From the IMG/VR virus record IMGVR_UViG_3300035490_000050, positions 72,455 to 136,454 of that record: a stretch of 64,000 bases of DNA, one strand, 5' to 3'. Under the pieces are notes generated by a model, which did no database searches, had not been told where the DNA came from, and saw only the letters and a list, made by a program, of their open reading frames with translations. Made by a program: the position numbers and the translations under genes. Position 1 is the stretch's first letter; each line of letters starts with the position of its first letter. Source of the DNA: a virus. Below are positions 26,218 to 32,857 of the stretch, in pieces.

Positions 26218-27711
26218 ATGGCAGAAACAGGGCTTACACGTCAAAGAATTTTGTCGGAATTGTCGAAGAGTCCACACGGCTCTTTGAAAGAGTATCTTCC
26301 TATCGGCAAACAGGCCGTTCAACAGGAAGGTGAATTTTATCAACACATGCTTGCCTGGGATAGGACGCATGGGCAGATTAGGGACAGCAAGGTTGCGCTT
26401 CCTGTGATCGGCTTGGCTTTTGAGAAGGATGAGGAATTACTCGACAACAGCCTTGCTCACATCGCTCTTTTGGGGCCGCGTGAACTGGCAAGAGCATATC
26501 GGTTTGGATTGGAGATTCGTCTCCCTGGCAAGATGCGTCAGTTGCGTAGGCTTGTCGAAGACTACCTACACCAAAAGGAGCAAGACAAAGGTTGGGATCA
26601 TCTGGCAATCCAGCACAGGGGTACGCTGAAGGAACTCTACTCTCTGGCGCACGCAAAGCCTGAAAAGGAGAGAACCAACGTCGTTCTCTATGGCAGGAAC
26701 TTCGACAAGACAAAGGCACCGCTGCCCAAGGGATCAGTCTTTGAGGTAGTAGCAAACCTCAAGAACATGAGTCCTACGGAGGCTGCTGGTTCGATCATGA
26801 AGTACCGGATTCCTTTCCTTATCGCCATGGGCGCGTTAGGCGCAAAGGCGAAGGAGCCGGATTTGGTACTGGCTTTGATCGGAGCCATGTCTGCAACGGA
26901 GTTGACCACGAACGTCAAGATGCTGGAGAAGTTGGGCCTGAAGACGAATCCTGCGCTGCGTGGGGCATTCGACAACGCATTGGCTAAGGCGGCTACGTCG
27001 AAGAAGAATACGCTCAAGACGACTCAGGCGGTCGAGGCCGTACAGGACGAGGGATTGAAGGAGAAGCTCCGTGGACTACAGGCAAAGCAGATAGCGGCTG
27101 CGGGTGGTCCAGACGGCGACTGGGTAATTTTAGTTGACAAATCTGGATCGATGCACCATGCAATCGAAACTGGTTGCCATGTTGCAGGGGCGCTCACACA
27201 GTTCGTCAAAGGAAAGGTTGGGTTGATTTTCTTCGATACCTCTCCTATGGCGGTGGACGTAACCGGCTTGTCGCTGGACCAAATCAAGAAGGCGACACGA
27301 CACTTCACAGCGAACGGTGGAACATCCATCGGCTGCGGTCTGAATCGGATGCTGGTAGAGAAAGTTGCTGTGGATGGAATTGTGATCGTGTCGGACGGTG
27401 GAGACAACACTGCTCCACTATTCCATGACGTATATCCGAAGTACGCGAAATTCTGCGATAAGGATGTGCCGGTGTATTTCTACCAACTTAGCGGAGAATC
27501 GGACAAGCTGACGCCGAACATGCAACGGGCAGGAATCGAGATGACAACATTCGATTTGCGCGGTTCAAAGCTGGACTACTACAGCATTCCGAACACGGTC
27601 AAGACGCTTCGCAGTAACCAGTACAGTTTGGTTGAGGAAATACTCTCGACCCCGCTTTTAACCCTCAACACCGTGCTCAAGGGAGCGCAGAAAGGACTGG
27701 TGACAGTCTAA
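26218..27711 (+). CDS. TROVE/Ro60-like protein with C-terminal VWA domain
   Basis: Helical N-terminal domain (IRDSK.ALP, LKELY..AH.KP, MSATEL..N...LEK.G), MIDAS VDKSGSM, GGTSIG, IVIVSDGGDN; adjacent Y-like RNAs. Confidence 0.78.
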   Translation: MAETGLTRQRILSELSKSPHGSLKEYLPIGKQAVQQEGEFYQHMLAWDRTHGQIRDSKVALPVIGLAFEKDEELLDNSLAHIALLGPRELARAYRFGLEIRLPGKMRQLRRLVEDYLHQKEQDKGWDHLAIQHRGTLKELYSLAHAKPEKERTNVVLYGRNFDKTKAPLPKGSVFEVVANLKNMSPTEAAGSIMKYRIPFLIAMGALGAKAKEPDLVLALIGAMSATELTTNVKMLEKLGLKTNPALRGAFDNALAKAATSKKNTLKTTQAVEAVQDEGLKEKLRGLQAKQIAAAGGPDGDWVILVDKSGSMHHAIETGCHVAGALTQFVKGKVGLIFFDTSPMAVDVTGLSLDQIKKATRHFTANGGTSIGCGLNRMLVEKVAVDGIVIVSDGGDNTAPLFHDVYPKYAKFCDKDVPVYFYQLSGESDKLTPNMQRAGIEMTTFDLRGSKLDYYSIPNTVKTLRSNQYSLVEEILSTPLLTLNTVLKGAQKGLVTV

Positions 27712-28010
27712 TGAATATCAACGCACTGAAGAACTTCAACGCCGACCGTATGGACTTGGATGACATGGTAGGCTTGCTTGCGGACTGCAAGGCACTCCGC
27801 GCTGAGTACGAGGCGCTCCAGATCGAAGAGCCTGAGTATATCGACACAACCATCAAGGCAATTCGCCGGGAGATCACATCCCGCAACGCTGACAAGATCG
27901 CGGCTCGTAAGCGTGAGCTTGCCGCACGGATCGACAGCCTCAAGACTCCTGCACAGAAGAAGGCAGAACTTGAGAAGGAGCTTGCCAAGTTGGAAGCCGT
28001 TCCTGTCTAA
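27711..28010 (+). CDS. Small coiled-coil protein coupled to TROVE gene
   Basis: TAATG overlap; charged helical sequence. Confidence 0.7.
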   Translation: MNINALKNFNADRMDLDDMVGLLADCKALRAEYEALQIEEPEYIDTTIKAIRREITSRNADKIAARKRELAARIDSLKTPAQKKAELEKELAKLEAVPV

Positions 28011-28031
28011 CCCATCAACCATTTGAGCGAA

Positions 28032-28062
28032 GGGGCACAGGATAACGTGCCCCACTTTTTTC
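28032..28062 (+). terminator. Intrinsic terminator of TROVE operon
   Basis: GGGGCAC-aggataac-GTGCCCC then T-tract. Confidence 0.8.
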
Positions 28063-28064
28063 TC

Positions 28065-28093
28065 TTGCATTCCTAATCGACCTGGGGTACAGT
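28065..28093 (+). promoter_or_regulatory. sigma70-type promoter of tRNA array 3
   Basis: TTGCAT-17-TACAGT; GTG 7 nt later. Confidence 0.78.
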
Positions 28094-28100
28094 TTCTATA

Positions 28101-28184
28101 GTGATGAAGAGGATCATTGGTATCACCTCTTTTCTGTTCGCCCACCCCCTTCGGCTCTCCCAAGTGTCCGGGGATGTAGGCTAA
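28101..28184 (+). CDS. Leader ORF A of tRNA array 3 (MMKRIIGITSFLFAHPLRLSQVSGDVG)
   Basis: Starts at predicted TSS; stop overlaps RBS of leader B. Confidence 0.6.
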   Translation: MMKRIIGITSFLFAHPLRLSQVSGDVG

Positions 28185-28191
28185 GGAAAAC

Positions 28192-28278
28192 ATGCAGACG
28201 ACCACCAGACGCGGGACCATAACCAGAATGACCAAGCGGGTCATTTGGGGAATAGTGCGCGAGGGTTGGGACGATTAA
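28192..28278 (+). CDS. Leader peptide B of tRNA array 3 (MQTTTRRGTITRMTKRVIWGIVREGWDD)
   Basis: AAGGA RBS; codons 3-23 only T,R,G,I,M,K,V,W, the amino acids of array 3. Confidence 0.8.
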   Translation: MQTTTRRGTITRMTKRVIWGIVREGWDD

Positions 28279-28302
28279 ATCTGCAAAAAGATTGAATCTA
28301 CC

Positions 28303-28328
28303 AGCCCGGTCTTAGGATCGGGCTTTTT
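28303..28328 (+). terminator. Attenuator terminator before tRNA array 3
   Basis: AGCCCGGTC-ttag-GATCGGGCT-TTTT; CCAGCCC can pair instead with GGGTTGG 28263-28269. Confidence 0.8.
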
Positions 28329-28357
28329 GATGTTTGAAAACTGAAACGAATAATCAT

Positions 28358-28432
28358 GCCTCGTTAAGCTAGTTGGGAAACTGTCGGTCTCCAAAGCCGA
28401 ACTCAGGGGTTCAAATCCTCTACGGGGTGCCA
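28358..28432 (+). tRNA. tRNA-Trp(CCA)
   Basis: Loop CT-CCA-AA, GCCA. Confidence 0.9.
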
Positions 28433-28437
28433 TTTTT

Positions 28438-28515
28438 GCCAGTGTAGTTCAGTCGGCTTAGAACGCTGCATTCATAACGCAGAGGTCAACAGTTCAATCC
28501 TGTTCACTGGCACCA
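28438..28515 (+). tRNA. tRNA(CAT), elongator Met or Ile2
   Basis: Loop TT-CAT-AA, ACCA; identity not resolvable by eye. Confidence 0.88.
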
Positions 28516-28519
28516 AGTT

Positions 28520-28617
28520 GGAGCGGCGGCGCATAATTCACTGGCGGTATCGGACAGCTAAGACTACCGAGACGTGCAGAACTCACCGAAAGGTTAGCCG
28601 TTGCAGTGGGCCGCTCC
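28520..28617 (+). ncRNA. Unassigned structured RNA inside array 3
   Basis: GGAGCGGC/GCCGCTCC closing stem, CGGTA/TACCG and ACC-gaaa-GGT hairpins. Confidence 0.5.
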
Positions 28618-28677
28618 GAAAGTTCACGGCTGTAAAGCCTATACCGATGGCGCAAGGCCATCCTGCCGTGATTAAGT

Positions 28678-28700
28678 TTCGAGTCCTAGTGGGGGCACCA
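28678..28700 (+). pseudogene. Orphan tRNA 3' fragment
   Basis: TTCGAGTCCTAGTGGGGGCACCA with no matching 5' half. Confidence 0.55.
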
Positions 28701-28704
28701 TAGT

Positions 28705-28791
28705 GGAACCGTGGCCTAGTCTGGTTTTGGGCACCCGGCTCTTACCCGGCGCAGAAATGCAACGCAGGTTCAAATCCTGCCGGTTCCACCA
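28705..28791 (+). tRNA. tRNA-Lys(CTT) with long variable arm
   Basis: Loop CT-CTT-AC; V-arm GCA-gaaa-TGC; ACCA. Confidence 0.88.
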
Positions 28792-28801
28792 ACACTTTTA
28801 C

Positions 28802-28887
28802 GGAGTCGTACTCGAATTGGATGCAGAGACCTGACTTTTAATCAGCGGGGTAACCCAATGGGGGTTCGAGTCCCCCCGGCTCCACCA
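28802..28887 (+). tRNA. tRNA-Lys(TTT) with long variable arm
   Basis: Loop CT-TTT-AA; V-arm GGG-gtaa-CCC; ACCA. Confidence 0.88.
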
Positions 28888-28892
28888 GTTAC

Positions 28893-28969
28893 GCGGCGGT
28901 ATTCCCCTCGTCTTCTAAACGAGTAAGGATAATTGGAATATGTGAGTTCGATCCTCACCCGCTGCTCCA
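28893..28969 (+). tRNA. Non-canonical tRNA-Arg(TCT), D-arm relocated
   Basis: Acceptor, anticodon (CT-TCT-AA) and T arms intact; 7-nt linker instead of D arm; 18-nt variable region. Confidence 0.75.
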
Positions 28970-28973
28970 TTTT

Positions 28974-29050
28974 GGTCCCGTACCGGCCATGTTTCCTAAA
29001 CATGTAACCGTAAGTGGATGATGTCAGTTCGAGCCTGACCGGGACTTCCA
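28974..29050 (+). tRNA. Non-canonical tRNA-Arg(CCT), D-arm relocated
   Basis: Same geometry; loop TT-CCT-AA. Confidence 0.75.
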
Positions 29051-29054
29051 TTTT

Positions 29055-29131
29055 GCTGCCGTACCAGCCGCGCCTCCGAAGCGCGATACTGTAACTGAAT
29101 GATGCAGGTTTGAGTCCTGTCGGCAGCGCCA
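29055..29131 (+). tRNA. Non-canonical tRNA-Arg(CCG), D-arm relocated
   Basis: Same geometry; loop CT-CCG-AA. Confidence 0.75.
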
Positions 29132-29136
29132 GTTTT

Positions 29137-29214
29137 GGGAACGTGGGCCAGCGGCGACGCCACCTGTCCTACAAACAGGTATTACCGGAAGTTCGAGTCT
29201 TCCCGTTCCCACCA
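29137..29214 (+). tRNA. tRNA-Val(TAC), C33 variant
   Basis: Loop CC-TAC-AA, ACCA. Confidence 0.88.
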
Positions 29215-29290
29215 AGTTCGGAGTCCTACGGTTAGAAGCCGTGGGAGGTTACAACGAGCAGATGCAACACCTGCTACTCTGGGATGATTT

Positions 29291-29364
29291 GCCGATGTAG
29301 CTCAGTGATAGAGTGCCGCACTGGTATTGCGGTGACGAGGGTTTGATTCCCTCCTTCGGCCCCA
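29291..29364 (+). tRNA. tRNA-Thr(GGT)
   Basis: Loop CT-GGT-AT, CCA. Confidence 0.88.
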
Positions 29365-29365
29365 T

Positions 29366-29443
29366 GGCGGTCTAGCTCACATTGAGAAGAGCGCAGTCCT
29401 GATAAGACTGAGGCACCCAGTTCAATTCTGGGGACCGCCACCA
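29366..29443 (+). tRNA. tRNA-Ile(GAT)
   Basis: Loop CT-GAT-AA, ACCA. Confidence 0.92.
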
Positions 29444-29449
29444 TAGTTT

Positions 29450-29525
29450 GCGGGAGTAACTCAGCGGCTAGAGTGTCAGCCTTCCAAGCTGTTCGTCGAG
29501 GGTTCGAGTCCCTTCTCCCGCTCCA
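29450..29525 (+). tRNA. tRNA-Gly(TCC)
   Basis: Loop CT-TCC-AA, TCCA. Confidence 0.95.
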
Positions 29526-29528
29526 TGC

Positions 29529-29670
29529 TTGACATCAATTCCTATGCTCTGTACTCTATTCCTAGTGCGAAGTGATCTCCATCGCCTAGCGCCCATTGAC
29601 TAGCCTACTCCCATAGGCTTCTCTCCCTAAAGCGGGCCGGTCAACCTTCCCGGTAAACGGCCCGCTGCTC
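29529..29670 (+). ncRNA. Promoter plus candidate ~100-nt sRNA with CUCC loops
   Basis: TTGACA-17-TACTCT; hairpins GTGAT-ctcc-ATCGC and AGCCTA-ctccca-TAGGCT; terminal hairpin AGCGGGCCG/CGGCCCGCT. Confidence 0.5.
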
Positions 29671-30004
29671 TCACTTATCAAATCTCACTCTCGCATCAAG
29701 ATATGCCTCAATAAACTTCCAACTCTTTTTCTTACAGTACACGCCTCGATTGTTCTCAACACTTATGAGTACGATACCCTCTTTCAAAACAACAAAGAAC
29801 CACCAGCATCCAGAACTCCAAGCCTCAGACCTCGCCTTTTTCATTTCCTCGCTTACCGCTTCACAGTAAACCATATCCTCATCGGTAACAGGTTCATCTG
29901 AAAGCTCCTGATCGTTGTAGAGGACGAAACTCTTGCCGCTCGTCTCGGCCACGAATACGTCGCTCATGGTTTTACCCTTCCCGGTAAACGGCCCACTGCT
30001 CTCA
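29645..30004. repeat. 29-bp direct repeat flanking one ORF
   Basis: CCTTCCCGGTAAACGGCCC(G/A)CTGCTCTCA at 29645-29673 and 29976-30004. Confidence 0.85.
29671..29967 (-). CDS. Hypothetical protein between direct repeats
   Basis: GGAAGGG RBS before MSDVFV. Confidence 0.55.
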   Translation of the reverse strand: MSDVFVAETSGKSFVLYNDQELSDEPVTDEDMVYCEAVSEEMKKARSEAWSSGCWWFFVVLKEGIVLISVENNRGVYCKKKSWKFIEAYLDARVRFDK

Positions 30005-30250
30005 AGCATAAAGCAAATCTTCTGTCATCTCTCTAGTCTTCTTTATGATTTCCTCTGCCTGATCCTTAGCGGATTCAGGAGTTTCGTAGACAGGTCCACT
30101 TTCGAGTAGCACTCGCGGCCTCGAACATCCTGACGGCGTTTTGTCGTCGAATACTACTGCAAGGCCATACTTCCCACCTATGGGACCATAAGAATCTCCA
30201 TAGATTAGATTGTCTGGGTTGCGGATTATAAGAGCGGTCAGACGTGTCAT
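30002..30250 (-). CDS. Hypothetical protein
   Basis: GGAGG RBS. Confidence 0.55.
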   Translation of the reverse strand: MTRLTALIIRNPDNLIYGDSYGPIGGKYGLAVVFDDKTPSGCSRPRVLLESGPVYETPESAKDQAEEIIKKTREMTEDLLYA

Positions 30251-30531
30251 TGAGCCTCCAGAAGTTTCCTGTATTTCTTTTCTTCCTCTGCGCCGTGGAT
30301 TACCCGAATCGTTTTCATGCAATCCTCGTATCGACCAGGAGTTCCTTCCCATGTTTTGTCATCGTCTGCGCGTTGAACTTTCTCTTCCGATCCCTTCGGT
30401 CCAAGATCGTATTCGTCCACACAATACTTGACCGCTTCTTCTCTTGTGGCGTTGTACATAACGAAATGGTCTACGGGGTCGGAGAAAGCTGCATACTTAC
30501 CGTTGGGGGTCTTGACTATCCTGTGGGCCAT
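30247..30531 (-). CDS. Hypothetical protein
   Basis: TAATG coupling to ligase. Confidence 0.65.
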   Translation of the reverse strand: MAHRIVKTPNGKYAAFSDPVDHFVMYNATREEAVKYCVDEYDLGPKGSEEKVQRADDDKTWEGTPGRYEDCMKTIRVIHGAEEEKKYRKLLEAQ

Positions 30532-31499
30532 TACGACTTCTCCATATAACTGTTGCCCACGAGCTTCAAGTGGACCCGTCCAAGGTGTTCATGTATGCGC
30601 TCAGGTAAAGGCCGTACTACGATTCCTTCGCGGATATGGTTTGCGCCAGGAATTAGGCTAGGACCGTCAGATAACTTTACAAGCATATTAAAGTCGAACG
30701 GACCACCAAAGACGACAGGAACTCGCTTCTCTTCGGATAAATGAGCGGTCCAGTCATCGTATTCTCTCCATTCCCCGTTATGAAGCACATCGAAAGCGCG
30801 GAAGAAAACATCGTTGGGTTTAGCTCCGTACTTGAGGCTCTGCACGTTTCCGAAGACTTCCCCATAGAGAATATCGCTAGGAAACTTACGGCAGAATTCC
30901 TCAATCCACGGATGCTTTTCTAGCGCTCTCCACCATAGATTCCCCTCGTTCTTTGCCTTCCACTCGCCACGGCTACCGCAGTACATCCGGTTCTCTTCTG
31001 GCGCATAGACGAACCTGCTATTGGCTCCGTGAATCTTCTCGGTCGCAACGACCGGCTCCCCTTCCACGAATAGACTCTTGTAGCGGTACATTGACTCTAC
31101 GTCGTACTTTGGAGCGTAAAGGCCGATAGGACCACCTTCCACTTCACCGCAGCGCTCTCCGGGGATTGGAGGCTCGTAGTGAGTTACTCCGTAGTATTCA
31201 GCAACGTCATCCCCTTCCTGTGCGCCTTCGGGCGCTGGCATAAGCAGCCCCATAGAAACTACGCCGCGCAACTTCTTGACCTTGATGCGCTCGTGCCCTA
31301 CCAGAAAATCGAACTCAGGACGTGTCGAGTCCACAACAGAATCAGGTTGAATGTAAGCAGCCAATTGGCCGTCAACAAATGATCCTTTGAGGACGCAGCA
31401 AGTGAATCCGAATATACGGGCAACGTCAAGCCTTTCCGCGTTGCCGTGGGGTTCAATTTTCACTCGCACAACTTCTACCTTATGCGTCTGCTCTGCCAT
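30531..31499 (-). CDS. ATP-dependent RNA ligase, DRB0094/Rnl5 type
   Basis: N-terminal OB (IEPHGNAERL, KLRGVVSMGL), motif I TEKIHG, LYGEVFG, AFDV, REGIVV, LKL. Confidence 0.92.
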   Translation of the reverse strand: MAEQTHKVEVVRVKIEPHGNAERLDVARIFGFTCCVLKGSFVDGQLAAYIQPDSVVDSTRPEFDFLVGHERIKVKKLRGVVSMGLLMPAPEGAQEGDDVAEYYGVTHYEPPIPGERCGEVEGGPIGLYAPKYDVESMYRYKSLFVEGEPVVATEKIHGANSRFVYAPEENRMYCGSRGEWKAKNEGNLWWRALEKHPWIEEFCRKFPSDILYGEVFGNVQSLKYGAKPNDVFFRAFDVLHNGEWREYDDWTAHLSEEKRVPVVFGGPFDFNMLVKLSDGPSLIPGANHIREGIVVRPLPERIHEHLGRVHLKLVGNSYMEKS

Positions 31500-31860
31500 T
31501 TTCCTCTCCCTTCAATCCTTCCACTCCATCTTTAAGTCCACGCCTATATGCTTCTTCTATACGGTCGTTTATATCTTCAGTATCCACAGAGATATGATCT
31601 GGGTAATACCAAACAGAAATTCTTAAATCTCGTATTCTCTTTGTTCCTTCCGGATCAAAGTGCCCAGGACTCAGCTCCCCATTTGTACTGCGATGCACTT
31701 TCCCTCCTACTTTCTCCATATTCACTCCACACTCAGAACAAAATATCTTATGCCATTCAGGTACTATCCTGTTCTTGTCGGATAACCATTTAGGAATTTT
31801 CAATGTCTTAGCCGTGTCTCCCAACGTCACATTAGATGTCGAAATATTATTGTCGATCAT
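31480..31860 (-). CDS. Hypothetical protein
   Basis: GGGAG RBS; AYRRG motif. Confidence 0.55.
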   Translation of the reverse strand: MIDNNISTSNVTLGDTAKTLKIPKWLSDKNRIVPEWHKIFCSECGVNMEKVGGKVHRSTNGELSPGHFDPEGTKRIRDLRISVWYYPDHISVDTEDINDRIEEAYRRGLKDGVEGLKGEENGRADA

Positions 31861-32031
31861 ACTTCTCCCTTCAACAGCTTGGCATTGCGCTTCCTGGCCT
31901 CTCTACGTGCTTGCAGGGATGCGTTAGCGCAGGTTCGGCATTCAAGTATCTTCTTGCCGTCTCGGATGCGTGTGATGAGGTTCTTGCCGCTTTTCCGGTG
32001 GCCTCGTTTGCAAAATAATGATGACTTCTTT
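31857..32031 (-). repeat. 5'-truncated duplicate of gene 33056-33244
   Basis: 31906-32031 identical to 33105-33230; remainder differs only synonymously. Confidence 0.9.
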
Positions 32032-32857
32032 ACCTCCTCCAAATTCCGGCGGGAACTTTCATAGTTTCAGGAAATTCTTTTGGCCCCAGGAGATTATACT
32101 GATCCTTGAAGAAGTTCTTTCCCTTTTGCCTTAGCCCTCTCGCAACTATCCTGCCATTCTTAGTAGTGGACAAGACAGAGAACGCGTGTTGTCTGCCAAC
32201 GCCGGGGGCGCTTGCCTTGTGTGCAAATCTCATTGCCTCAAATACGTTGTAGACCGTTTGGTGCAGGGGCAAATCCTCGTTTTGCCCCCTAAAACACAGC
32301 ATCGAATTCGCTACTACGCTTCCGGTCCCGATTGTTAAGAAGTTCTCGTCGGGAATTATCAATCGCTCTTCCGGCATCGTTGAAAAATCGCCACTGACTT
32401 GGAACATAAGTGGTATGCCTGCGGCGAAAGAACAGAGGATCAGACTACAATCGGCCTTGATTTTCCCGATATTCTTCCAGACTGTGCTCCATACCGAAGG
32501 ATCAACTTTGTCCTTGTTATCCCGGAAATAATCAAACGTAAGGTTTGTATGCGCTCTGACATATTCCTTAGTGAACTTTTCCTTATGGGCCAGTAGAGCT
32601 TCCATGATCCGATCTCTGGCATTCTCTTCTGTGATTCCCTTGCGATTAAAGCTAGTTCGGAAGGTAGCAATCATATCCAAAGCATCGGACGTAGTTCCCG
32701 CTATGAGAGTGGGCCATGCATTGGTCCAAAGCCAATAGAGCTTGTTTTGGATTTCTGCTCCGGTGTATTCACCAAGTTCGGTTTTCCAATCTGAGGCGAG
32801 CACGATACAGCGGTTATTGTGTTCGTCCATGCAAGTAGCGGCAATGCAAAGAGTCAT
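32030..32857 (-). CDS. Proteasome-beta-like Ntn-fold protein
   Basis: M-T start (MTLCIAA), IVLASD, LIAG, TIGTG, PGVG. Confidence 0.65.
   Translation of the reverse strand: MTLCIAATCMDEHNNRCIVLASDWKTELGEYTGAEIQNKLYWLWTNAWPTLIAGTTSDALDMIATFRTSFNRKGITEENARDRIMEALLAHKEKFTKEYVRAHTNLTFDYFRDNKDKVDPSVWSTVWKNIGKIKADCSLILCSFAAGIPLMFQVSGDFSTMPEERLIIPDENFLTIGTGSVVANSMLCFRGQNEDLPLHQTVYNVFEAMRFAHKASAPGVGRQHAFSVLSTTKNGRIVARGLRQKGKNFFKDQYNLLGPKEFPETMKVPAGIWRR

Noticed and set aside
17222-29525. CRISPR array
   Set aside because: Periodicity is due to tRNA genes; no identical repeats with spacers and no cas operon.
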